A DNA stretch of 64,000 bases. Origin: Myxococcales bacterium. GTDB lineage: Bacteria; Myxococcota_A; UBA9042; JABWCM01; BTVJ01. A program made the translations under genes and the position numbers. The notes beneath the pieces were generated by a model that was given only the letters and a program-made list of their open reading frames with translations, was not told the origin of the DNA and did not search any database. The number at the start of each line of letters is the position of its first letter. Within the stretch, counting starts at the first letter, position 1. Shown piece after piece: positions 37,493-46,311 of the stretch. The stretch is taken from contig BTVJ01000016.1 in NCBI GenBank assembly GCA_045863395.1, positions 1 through 64,000 on the forward strand, in the 5' to 3' direction.

Positions 37493-38785
37493 ATGGCTGA
37501 GCTGGTTCGCGCTTCCGCGCAGGGTCGCACCATTCGCCTGAAGGCCACGGGCTCGGGCTCAGGCCGCCACCTGAGCAGAGAACAGGCCGCGGGCGGCCAG
37601 CCGGACGACCTGCCCACCTCCCCCGAGGGCGCCAGCGTGAGCGCGCTTGGTCCCACCTACGAGGTCCGACCTCCAAGGCAAGGCAGCGAGGGCGAGGGGC
37701 CCATGGTCTCCACGTCGCCCGCCGGGCCCCACATCCAGCGGGACGGGGCGACCTCCATCGGGAGCTACATCGAGCGGACGGCCGGCGGCGGGAGCTCCCT
37801 GTCGAGCCAGGTGTCCCGCGAGATGTCCGGCGCCTTCGGCTACGACTTCAGCGGAGTCAACGTCCACAACGACTCGGCAGCCCACAACGTCTGCCGCAGC
37901 GTGGGGGCCAACGCCTTCGCCACGGGCAACGACGTGTACTTCGCGGCGGGGAAGTACGCCCCGGGCAGCCGGGAGGGCGACCGCCTCATCGCCCATGAGC
38001 TCACCCACGTCGTGCAGCAGAACGGCGGCGGGGTCGCGCGCAGCATCGCCAAGAAGGGCGTGACGTTCAGCACGCCGGGCGACCCCTACGAGACCCAGGC
38101 CGACGCGGTGGCGGAGACGGTCGTCGCCATGAAGTACGGCGGCGACGGCTCGAAGCTCGGCACCGTCAGCCGGAGCCCGTCGGGCTCGGCCCCGGACGTG
38201 TCGCGTGACCTGGACTCCATGCCTTCGACCACCCTCGCGAACGCAATCATCCAGCGCAAGATCGCCGGCGTCCCGGACGTACAGATGGACATCGGCATCA
38301 CCCTCGGCGTGGCGGGGCTCGTGGTGGGCATCGTGGGTCTCGGCGTTGGCTACGCGGCCTTCGGCGGCAACAAGTTGACGAAGTCCTTGAAGGAGCTTGT
38401 GGGCCAGCCCGGCGAGGCGCGGGATGCACACAGGGCGGCCAACCCCTGGCAGCGCAAGTCGTGGACGCCCATGCCACTTCAGCGAGCTGGCTCCATCGCG
38501 GGGCGCTTCTGGTATGGACTCCAGCTCTCCTGGGCTTACAACGGCCGAGAGATCAGCGATGTCGCCGTGGGCTTCGCGCCGGGCACCCAGAACCCGACCT
38601 TCGGCTCGTCGGAGGCCGAGTTCACGATCACGGACAACGTGGGCACGCAGACCAACCCGGCCCTCGGCTACCGGTACAGCGTGGACTATGACCCGGCGGC
38701 GGGCGGCCACTACGAGTACAGCGGGACAGGTCAGTTCAATGCCAGGGGCGGGGCGGACGGCACCCTCAATCGCCGCTCGTTGTAG
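37493..38785 (+). CDS. DUF4157 (eCIS core domain) protein with hydrophobic segment and unknown C-terminal domain; putative effector
   Basis: MSGAFGYDFSGVNVH...GANAFATGNDVYF..GKYAPGSREG.RLIAHELTHVVQQ, PGDPYETQADAVA; then DIGITLGVAGLVVGIVGLGVGYAAFGG and a Tyr/Gly/Thr-rich beta-like tail. Confidence 0.9.
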   Translation: MAELVRASAQGRTIRLKATGSGSGRHLSREQAAGGQPDDLPTSPEGASVSALGPTYEVRPPRQGSEGEGPMVSTSPAGPHIQRDGATSIGSYIERTAGGGSSLSSQVSREMSGAFGYDFSGVNVHNDSAAHNVCRSVGANAFATGNDVYFAAGKYAPGSREGDRLIAHELTHVVQQNGGGVARSIAKKGVTFSTPGDPYETQADAVAETVVAMKYGGDGSKLGTVSRSPSGSAPDVSRDLDSMPSTTLANAIIQRKIAGVPDVQMDIGITLGVAGLVVGIVGLGVGYAAFGGNKLTKSLKELVGQPGEARDAHRAANPWQRKSWTPMPLQRAGSIAGRFWYGLQLSWAYNGREISDVAVGFAPGTQNPTFGSSEAEFTITDNVGTQTNPALGYRYSVDYDPAAGGHYEYSGTGQFNARGGADGTLNRRSL

Positions 38786-38831
38786 CGCACGGCAGGGCAC
38801 GGGTGCCACGGGCTCGTTGCGGGAGGTCCAT

Positions 38832-39548
38832 GTGAGCAGCGCCCACGACCGCCTGGCGCGCTCCGAGGCGTGGGGGCTCCGGGTGGATCAGTGGCGTGCG
38901 GCAGGGCACCACGACCGAGACGTCTGCCGCGCCGCCACCTACCGCTGGCCCGTGACGTGGGCCGAGGTGGAGGGTCGGGTCAGCCAGACATCCACAGCGC
39001 AGGGCTCCCCAGATCTCCCTCCCCTACCACCCGCCGCACACACGCTCCCGAGTCTGCTCGACGGGCCCACGGAAGAGGCGCCGTGGTGGCTCACGGGCGA
39101 GCTCCCTGAAGCACTGCGCCGCGCCGCATCGTCGCCGCTCCTCGCTGCGTCGCTCCTCCGTGCCGCCGACGCGCGGCCGAGCGGCCTGGCCGCAGCGCGG
39201 GGCCTCGTCACGCTGTCCAGCCTCGCCACCCCGCGCGGCGACCTGACCGTGGACGCCGCCTGGGCGCAACCTCTTGGGGCCGCACTGCGACACGCCCTCC
39301 AGGGCCAGCGGCTCGTCCCGTTCCTCGACCCGCAGCTCTTCGCCGGGCTCGCCGTCGCCGGCATCCACGCGCTCTCCTTCGCGTCTGCCCTCGCCCCGAC
39401 GGATGCGGACCGGGTGGCGCTCTGTGAGGAGTGGGTGGAGCTGCTGCTGGCGGCCGAGGAGCACGACCCGGCCGGAGACTCGCTCGGAGATCGGGCGCGC
39501 CGCCTGGCCCCGGCGATGGCCGGCGTGACCCAGAGGGGGACGCCGTGA
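38832..39548 (+). CDS. Hypothetical helical protein (~238 aa)
   Basis: GGAGG RBS before GTG 38832; stop overlaps the next start (GTGA). Confidence 0.7.
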   Translation: MSSAHDRLARSEAWGLRVDQWRAAGHHDRDVCRAATYRWPVTWAEVEGRVSQTSTAQGSPDLPPLPPAAHTLPSLLDGPTEEAPWWLTGELPEALRRAASSPLLAASLLRAADARPSGLAAARGLVTLSSLATPRGDLTVDAAWAQPLGAALRHALQGQRLVPFLDPQLFAGLAVAGIHALSFASALAPTDADRVALCEEWVELLLAAEEHDPAGDSLGDRARRLAPAMAGVTQRGTP

Positions 39549-41362
39549 GGGTGGAGCTGCTCTTCCCCCCTCTGTTCAAGGCCAGCGAGCCGTACATCGC
39601 GCTGCCGCTCCTCGTGGGGTTCCTGCGCGAAAACGGCGTACCGGACGTGCAGGCGCGGGACCTGAACCTGGACTACGTCTACCACCTGATGGAGGATTCG
39701 ACCCTCGCTGAGGCAGGGCGGGAGCTGCTCGGGCGCCCTCCCGCGGGCACGTGGCTCGACGACGCGGAGCGCACCCTGGTGGGCGCCGCGCTCACCCACG
39801 TGCCCGTGCTGCGACGCTGGCTCCCGGAGTCGCTGGAGCTCTACAGAGCCCACAGGGATCCCGAGGCGCTCCGCGCCATGCCGCGCCAGCAGGCGCAGAG
39901 ACAGGCCGCCCAGTTCGAGCTCGTCTTCGAGATGCTCTTCGAGGTGTACTCCGCCCTCCACTACCCCTGGCGCATGGAGAACCCCATCACGAGGCGGGAG
40001 GCGGTGCTGTCCAACGAGACATGGACGATGGACGAGTCCAACAACGTCCCGTGGCGGGACTGCCTGGCCTGGGACCACCCGCGCAATCCGTTCCGCGCCT
40101 TCTTCGAGTCGTCCGTGGCGCCGGGCCTTGCGGAGCGGCGCCCGTCCGTGGTCGGGATCTCGCTCATGTTCCGGCAGCAGCTCCTCGCGGCGTTCACCCT
40201 GGCCGCGGTCGTGCGGAGAGCCCTCCCGGAGGCCCATATCTGCCTCGGAGGCGCGCTGTTCAGTGACCTGGAGCACTATCTCTTCACCGCGCCCGCCGTG
40301 CGGGACGCCGTGTTCCAGCACGTGGACTCCGTGGTGCTCGGACCCGGCGAGGTGCCGCTGCACGGGCTCATCCAGGCGCTTGGAGCGGGCGCCGCCGTGG
40401 AGGGGGTCTCCAACGTGCTCACCCGCGCCGGCGTGGAGCGGGCGTCCGGCGGTGACATCGCCGGCAGCATCGAGGAGCTGAGCGGCTTCGACCCGGCCGG
40501 GCGCGAGTCTGCCGAGCTCGACCGCTTCGCGACCCCCATCTTCTTCGATGGACGGCTCGACCGCTACCTGTACCGCACGCGGGAGCTGACGATTCCCTAC
40601 CTGACATCCTACGGGTGTTACTGGAACAAGTGCTCCTTCTGCAAGTACCGGGAGCAGGTCCACCGCTACTCGCCCAAGCCCGTGGACACGGTCGTCCAGG
40701 ATCTGCGAGCCTTGTCGGCGCTGCACGGGAGCCGACGCTTCCACTTCAGCGATGAAACACTATCTCCCTCTTACTGCAAGCGCCTTTCGGCTGGATTGAT
40801 CGACGTCGGTTCACCGTTCGCGTGGTCGGGCAACGCGCGCTTCGACCCCGGCTTCACCGTGGAGCTGGCCACCGCAATGCGCAGGTCCGGGTGCGAGTAT
40901 ATCTCGTTCGGCCTCGAGTCCGGCTCCCAGCGAATCGTCGACCGCATGGGCAAGGGCACCCGCTCCGAGGTCGTCGAGCGGACCATGGAGGCATTCCGCG
41001 CTGCCGGGCTGCCCGTGAACCTGTATCTGTTCGTTGGCTTCCCCGGCGAGACGGAGGAGGACATCGCGCTGACCGTCGCGTTCCTGCGGCGCCACCGGGA
41101 GGCCATCACGGATCTCTCGGTGGGGCCGTTCACCCTCTACAAGGGGACCGGGGTGTTTCGAGACCCTGCGCGGTACGGAATCCGGGACGTGGAGCAGGGA
41201 GAGCTCCGGGACCCCGAGGTGCTCCGCTGGGTCTATCACTACGAGTTGGCCGAGGAGACTGGTGGCCTGATGCCCGAGGAGGCCATGACGAAGTATCTGG
41301 TGCACCACCGTGACCTCTTCGGGCAGATGGGCGAGGGCCTCTCACCCGATGGCACCTGGTGA
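39545..41362 (+). CDS. Cobalamin-binding radical SAM enzyme (class B-like)
   Basis: LLFPP...PYIAL..L...L, DLNL, VVGISL...QQL, ICLGGA (B12 domain); SYGCYWNKCSFC cluster motif; FHFSDE, SFGLESGSQR, FVGFPGET. Confidence 0.92.
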   Translation: MRVELLFPPLFKASEPYIALPLLVGFLRENGVPDVQARDLNLDYVYHLMEDSTLAEAGRELLGRPPAGTWLDDAERTLVGAALTHVPVLRRWLPESLELYRAHRDPEALRAMPRQQAQRQAAQFELVFEMLFEVYSALHYPWRMENPITRREAVLSNETWTMDESNNVPWRDCLAWDHPRNPFRAFFESSVAPGLAERRPSVVGISLMFRQQLLAAFTLAAVVRRALPEAHICLGGALFSDLEHYLFTAPAVRDAVFQHVDSVVLGPGEVPLHGLIQALGAGAAVEGVSNVLTRAGVERASGGDIAGSIEELSGFDPAGRESAELDRFATPIFFDGRLDRYLYRTRELTIPYLTSYGCYWNKCSFCKYREQVHRYSPKPVDTVVQDLRALSALHGSRRFHFSDETLSPSYCKRLSAGLIDVGSPFAWSGNARFDPGFTVELATAMRRSGCEYISFGLESGSQRIVDRMGKGTRSEVVERTMEAFRAAGLPVNLYLFVGFPGETEEDIALTVAFLRRHREAITDLSVGPFTLYKGTGVFRDPARYGIRDVEQGELRDPEVLRWVYHYELAEETGGLMPEEAMTKYLVHHRDLFGQMGEGLSPDGTW

Positions 41363-41865
41363 GGGAGACGATGACAGACGGCTTCCCGCTGGAGGACGAG
41401 ATGCTGCGCTTCTGGCGTGCCCGATCCGACTATCTGGGGGTCCTCGGCCGACTCCACGGCGCGCGCGGCGAGACTGCCCGAGCCACCGACTGCCTCACTC
41501 GCCGCGCGGCCCTCGCTCACCATCTGAGAGACGCGGGGCGCCAGCTCGACGCCCTGGCCGGCCTCTCGGACGTCGCAATCGCCGCAGGTCGCCCGGGAGA
41601 CTCGCTCTGGGCATTGCAGCGTGCGGCCCCCTTGGCATCGGACGCCGGTGTCGACGAGCTGGCGGCCGCCCTCGGTCGGGCGCTGCCGGCGTGGGCTGGA
41701 GCCCTCCCAGCCCGGGAGGTCCTCGGTGCGCTGGGCGCGATCCTGGGCGACGCTCCAAGCGGCGCCCTCCGCGCGGCCCTTGCCGGCGCCCTGCGAGCGC
41801 TCGGTGATCCGGCTCGGGCAGCGGAGCTGGAGTCCCCACCACCTTCGGAGGTCGAGGCCCGATGA
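41359..41865 (+). CDS. Small TPR-like helical protein
   Basis: LGVLGRLHGARGETARA..L and ALAGLSDVA.AAGRPGDSL..LQRA TPR-like patterns; translationally coupled on both sides. Confidence 0.7.
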   Translation: MRETMTDGFPLEDEMLRFWRARSDYLGVLGRLHGARGETARATDCLTRRAALAHHLRDAGRQLDALAGLSDVAIAAGRPGDSLWALQRAAPLASDAGVDELAAALGRALPAWAGALPAREVLGALGAILGDAPSGALRAALAGALRALGDPARAAELESPPPSEVEAR

Positions 41866-43745
41866 GCACCACACTGACTCCCGCCGAGCGATACTCCATC
41901 GGGCTCAGCGTCCTCCTCAACATGGGCTCGCTGACCACCTTGAGCCGCGAGTCTGGGCTGTCGCTCCGGCAGCTCCAGGAGCTGCGGGACGACTTCCTCG
42001 CCGCAGCGCGCCGCGGCCTGGAGGGCGGGGATGGGCCAGCGACCGCCCTGCCCGTGGAGCTGGCGCTCCACGAGCTCCGCCTGGCGGGCGACTTCGAGGC
42101 GGTGGGCGACGCGGAGGCGGCGGGCGCGGCCTTCCAGCGCGCCATCGCCCTCGACCCGGGGAGCGGCCTCGCGCGCAAGGCCTGGGGCATCCACCTCTTC
42201 GGGCAGCGCCGCCTCGACGAGTCCCGGGGAGCCCTCGAGGCGGCCCTGGAGCGCCTCGGCGAGGACGGAGAGTGCGACTGCGTGCTCGCCATGGTGCACC
42301 GCCTGGAGGGGCGCGACAGGGAGGCGGAGCGCCTGCTCGCGCGAGGCACGCGGAGACCAGGGCTCCCCGACTACCTCCTCGGGCCGCTGGTCGATCTGCA
42401 CCTGGATCTCGGGCGCACCCAGGAGGCGCTGCTCTTCCTGGAGCGGGAGCGCGCCCTCCGGGATGGCGCGGGCGGGGCGCAGGCCGCCTATGCCCACGCG
42501 ACGCTCCTCAAGCGGCTCGGGCGCTTCGAGGAGGCCGCCGAGATCGCGGAGGGGGCAGTAGAGTCCAGTGGCGCCGTGCCGCTGGTCCTCCTGCTCGCAT
42601 CCCTGGAGGTGCTCTGCCTGGACCGGCCGGCTCGTGGCATCGCGCGGCTGCGCCAGCTCGTGGATGCGTGGCCCGCAGATCCGCTGCCGCGGCTCGTGCT
42701 GGGAGAGATGCTGCTGGCTACGGGGGCCCATGCCGAGGCGGAGCAGGAGCTGCTGCGGGTGCTCTACCGCGGGCCTGCCAACGGGCGCGCCATCCAGGCG
42801 ATCACCGACCTGTACCTGAGCGCCGGGAACGCTGAGAGGCTCCGCCACATCGGCGCGGAGCTGCGGAGGGAGGGCGAGGGGGTCTACGGGGGCCTGCTCA
42901 TCGCCCAGGCCCACGTGGCAGAGGGGCGCTTCGAGGACGCGCTCCGCGAGCTGACGGGCCTGCGAGAGCAGGTGCCGCACAACGTGGCGGTGCTCGTCCT
43001 CATCGCCCACGTGGCGTTCGAGACCGGCGACGAGGGGAGCGTAGGGTCCGTGCTGGGGGCGCTGGTCGACCAGCTCGCCCGGCGCCGCGGGCTCAGCCCC
43101 GAGGAAGAGCAGGCGGCGCTGTCCCTCTGCCGCTACCTGCGCCTCAACGGCCGCCCCGACGTCTCGCTCCGGGTCCTGGACGCCCTGCCGCGACCGGCCG
43201 CGGGCGCCCCCGGAGTCGAGGTGGAGCGTGGGCTCTGCCTGGCTGAAGCCGGCCGCACCGAGGAGGCCCTCGTCGCCCTGACGGCGGTGCAGCAGCGGGA
43301 GCCCTTCGACGGTATCCACGGCACACGCCTCGCCTACCACCTGCTCCACCACCACGGGGACGCCGAGCGGGCCCGCGCCGTGATCACGGCGACCCGGCGC
43401 CAGGCGCGCCCGAGCGAGGAGTTCGCCGTGAGCCTGTGCGCGACGTACCTCGCGCTTGGCTCGCTCCCCGAGGCGCTGGACGTGGTCCACGAGGCGTTTC
43501 TCGCCCGGAGCAAGGTCCCGGTGGTGACGACGGAGCTTCACCGCGCGGTGCAGGGGCACAGTGGCGACCTGACGACTCCCCAGCAGCTTGCCGCACACGT
43601 CGTGATGATGCTACGGGCCCGGTCTCCCGAGCGCGCGGCAGAGCACCTGGCCGCCGCGCGGCAGCTTGCCCGCACCGAGGCGGAGCGTTCCGTGTGCGAC
43701 CAGCTCTCGCGCGCGTCGCAGGTAGCCGAGGAGCGGGTGCCGTGA
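41862..43745 (+). CDS. TPR protein with N-terminal helix-turn-helix-like domain
   Basis: N-term TPAERYSIGLSVLL..GSLTTLSRESGLSLRQLQELRDDFL; AFQRAIALDP and many LG...EA TPR units. Confidence 0.82.
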   Translation: MSTTLTPAERYSIGLSVLLNMGSLTTLSRESGLSLRQLQELRDDFLAAARRGLEGGDGPATALPVELALHELRLAGDFEAVGDAEAAGAAFQRAIALDPGSGLARKAWGIHLFGQRRLDESRGALEAALERLGEDGECDCVLAMVHRLEGRDREAERLLARGTRRPGLPDYLLGPLVDLHLDLGRTQEALLFLERERALRDGAGGAQAAYAHATLLKRLGRFEEAAEIAEGAVESSGAVPLVLLLASLEVLCLDRPARGIARLRQLVDAWPADPLPRLVLGEMLLATGAHAEAEQELLRVLYRGPANGRAIQAITDLYLSAGNAERLRHIGAELRREGEGVYGGLLIAQAHVAEGRFEDALRELTGLREQVPHNVAVLVLIAHVAFETGDEGSVGSVLGALVDQLARRRGLSPEEEQAALSLCRYLRLNGRPDVSLRVLDALPRPAAGAPGVEVERGLCLAEAGRTEEALVALTAVQQREPFDGIHGTRLAYHLLHHHGDAERARAVITATRRQARPSEEFAVSLCATYLALGSLPEALDVVHEAFLARSKVPVVTTELHRAVQGHSGDLTTPQQLAAHVVMMLRARSPERAAEHLAAARQLARTEAERSVCDQLSRASQVAEERVP

Positions 43746-43784
43746 CCGCCTGTGCAGCGCCAACAACCCGAGAGGAGGACAGAC

Positions 43785-44018
43785 GTGAAGCGTGACCCGT
43801 CCCTGGTAGGGCTCTTGATGATCGTGGCCGGCCTGCTGGCGGGCCTGCTCCCCGCGACCGTGCTGGCCCAGGTGCCGGACACCGGGGCAGCCAACGCCCA
43901 GACGGCGATCATCCTGAATGGAGCAGGCAACGTGATCATCGGCGTCGGGCTCATCATCGTCGCCTTGGGGCAGCGTCGGCTCAGGGCGCGCATCGACCGG
44001 CTGGAAGCGGGGCGCTGA
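43785..44018 (+). CDS. Small two-TM membrane protein (77 aa)
   Basis: AGAGGAGG RBS before GTG 43785; two hydrophobic segments then a basic/coiled tail. Confidence 0.75.
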   Translation: MKRDPSLVGLLMIVAGLLAGLLPATVLAQVPDTGAANAQTAIILNGAGNVIIGVGLIIVALGQRRLRARIDRLEAGR

Positions 44019-44022
44019 CCCG

Positions 44023-46152
44023 GTGCAGCCCTACCACTCGCCCTACGAGCTGCTCCTCGACCAGATCGAGCGGGCCTTCCTGCTGACCGAGCGGGCCGTG
44101 CGCCAGCCGTGGACCGCCCCGGGTGGGCCGCGCCAGGCGCCCGCGTCGCTCCTGCGCCTCCTCGGCGCCGACCGGGTGGGGGACCCGACCGAGGAGCAGC
44201 AGCGAGTCGCGCGCATCGAGGGGGAGCTCGGCGACCTGCAGGACGTCACCACGGCGCGTCTCCAGGCAGCACGGCTCGCAGGCCCCTCCCTGCCCGCCAT
44301 CGTGCGGCACCTCGGGCTCGACGCCCTCCAGACGGACCTGCTGCTGCTCCTGCTGGCCTACGAGCTGGACGCGCGCTTCTTCGCACTCTACGCGCACCTC
44401 CAAGGAGAGCGGCGTCGTCACGGCGTGGACGCGGCGGTCCTCGCCGAGATCGTGTGCCCCACGCCGTGGCTCCGCGCGCGCCTCCTCGAGGAGATCTCGC
44501 CCCGGGGGACCCTGGTCGCCCACCGGCTCGTGGAGGTGATGCCCACGGACTCGCAGAGCCCGCCCCCCTTGGTCCTGACGCCGCTGCGGGTGCACCCGGC
44601 GGTGCTCGACTTCGTGATGGGGGCGCCCCCGGCCCCCGTCCCCTACCGGGTCATCGTGACGCCCACGCTCGGCCCGTCCGACCTGGTGCTGGGCGAGGGG
44701 GCGGCCGCTGCCCTGGAGAGCCTGCGCGGCCGCCTCGCCGCGTGGGACAGCGCCCCAGCCCTGCTCCTCCACGGCCCCGAGGGCACGGGGAAGCGCTCCT
44801 TCGTGGGCGCCCTCTGCAGGGACCTGGGCCTCGGCCTGTTCGAGCTGGACCTCGGGCGCGCCTCCCCGGAACCGGAGACCTTCGACGAGGAGGTGCGCCG
44901 CTGGCTCGTCGAGGGCACGCTCTACCGCGCCGTCTGCCTCGCGAGCCCCCTCGACGCGCTGATCGCCCCCGAGGGCGCGCCGGCGGACCCGCGGCTGCGC
45001 ATCCTCGCCCAGCATGTGGACGCGAGCGCGGGCCCCGTCGCCCTGTCGAGCCGCACGCCCTACCCGCTCCACCGGTGGTTCCGCCGCCCCACCTCCAGCG
45101 TGTCCCTCGGGCGCCCCACGGCGGCCATGCAGGAGTCCCTCTGGCGCGCCGAGCTGGGGAGAGCCGGCGCCTGGCTGCCCACGGAGCAGGTCCAGGAGCT
45201 GACCGTGCGCTACAACGTGTCAGGCGGAACCATCCGGGGCGCCATCGACCAGGCGGTGCGGTGGCGCGGCCCCCTCGCCGCGTCGGGGGCAGTGTTTGAC
45301 GTGGTGGAGCAGAGCCTGCGGCGCCACGTGGGGACGCGCCTGTCGGAGGTCGCCACCCGCGTCCAGGCGCTGGCCACGCGGGAGGACCTGATCACGTCGC
45401 CGGAGCTGATGGACCGCGTCGACGCGCTGCTGGCCCGAGTCCACCACCGGCACCAGGTCCTGGGCGCCCAGGGCATGGGCCGGCGCCTGCGCCTCGGGGC
45501 CGGCGTCACGGCCCTCTTCTGGGGCCCGCCCGGCACCGGCAAGTCCATGGTGGCCGGCGTCATCGCCCGCGAGCTGGGCTTCGAGCTCTACCAGGTCAAC
45601 CTGTCGGGCATCCTCTCCAAGTGGCTCGGCGAGACGGAGAAGAACCTGGCCCGCCTCTTCGACGAGGCGGAGACCGGCCACGTGATCACGCTCTTCGACG
45701 AGGCGGACAGCCTGTTTGCGACCCGCACCAGCGACGACTCGCCCCAGGGCCAGGCCAGCGTCCAGCGCATCAACTTCATCCTCACGCGCCTGGAGACCTT
45801 CCGGGGCTTCGCCATCCTGACCTCCAACCGGGAGCAGGCGGTGGACCCCGCCTTCAAGCGCCGCCTCAACGCCAGCGTGTACTTCCCCATCCCGGATCTG
45901 ACGGTGCGCGAGCGCATCTGGACCCACATGCTCGCGGGCCTGGGCGACGACCTCCCCGTGGAGCTGCTGGCCCGCTGCGAGCTCTCGGGCGGCTACATCA
46001 GGAACGCCGTGGCCACCGCCGCCTTCCTCGCAGCGCGCCGCGGCCAGCGGGTGAGCCCCCCCATCGTGCTCGCGGCGCTGCGCCAGACCCTCGACGACCT
46101 GGGCCACGTCGTCCCCATGTGGCTGATCGAGGCGGCGGCGGCGGACGCCTAA
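44023..46152 (+). CDS. Double AAA+ ATPase of the Afp15/Pvc15 (eCIS ATPase)-like type
   Basis: N-terminal [17 protein letters not shown]; Walker A GPEGTGKR and [61 protein letters not shown]. Confidence 0.9.
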   Translation: MQPYHSPYELLLDQIERAFLLTERAVRQPWTAPGGPRQAPASLLRLLGADRVGDPTEEQQRVARIEGELGDLQDVTTARLQAARLAGPSLPAIVRHLGLDALQTDLLLLLLAYELDARFFALYAHLQGERRRHGVDAAVLAEIVCPTPWLRARLLEEISPRGTLVAHRLVEVMPTDSQSPPPLVLTPLRVHPAVLDFVMGAPPAPVPYRVIVTPTLGPSDLVLGEGAAAALESLRGRLAAWDSAPALLLHGPEGTGKRSFVGALCRDLGLGLFELDLGRASPEPETFDEEVRRWLVEGTLYRAVCLASPLDALIAPEGAPADPRLRILAQHVDASAGPVALSSRTPYPLHRWFRRPTSSVSLGRPTAAMQESLWRAELGRAGAWLPTEQVQELTVRYNVSGGTIRGAIDQAVRWRGPLAASGAVFDVVEQSLRRHVGTRLSEVATRVQALATREDLITSPELMDRVDALLARVHHRHQVLGAQGMGRRLRLGAGVTALFWGPPGTGKSMVAGVIARELGFELYQVNLSGILSKWLGETEKNLARLFDEAETGHVITLFDEADSLFATRTSDDSPQGQASVQRINFILTRLETFRGFAILTSNREQAVDPAFKRRLNASVYFPIPDLTVRERIWTHMLAGLGDDLPVELLARCELSGGYIRNAVATAAFLAARRGQRVSPPIVLAALRQTLDDLGHVVPMWLIEAAAADA

Positions 46153-46311
46153 GGGCCCGTGCAGTAATAACCTGATCCACCGAGGGCGCTGATGCGCCCC
46201 GCTGGGGGTTCGACGAGACCGCAGGCAGGGCCTTGTCCTTCCAAGGTCTCGGCGGGCCGCCAGCGGGGATGCAGCGGCGGCCGAATGGACAGGTTATTGC
46301 TGCACGGGCCC
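46153..46311. mobile_element. MITE (non-autonomous, IS5/Harbinger-like ends), 159 bp
   Basis: TIRs gggcccgtgcagtaataacctg (46153-74) and caggttattgctgcacgggccc (46290-311), 21/22 matches; TAA on both flanks (46150-52, 46312-14); no convincing coding capacity. Confidence 0.85.

Noticed and set aside
41862..42030. IS3-family transposase
   Set aside because: Only an HTH-like segment fused to TPRs; no DDE domain or flanking inverted repeats.
37493..46152. Complete eCIS or T6SS locus
   Set aside because: No sheath, tube, VgrG/PAAR or baseplate genes are recognisable; only cargo-like and ATPase components.
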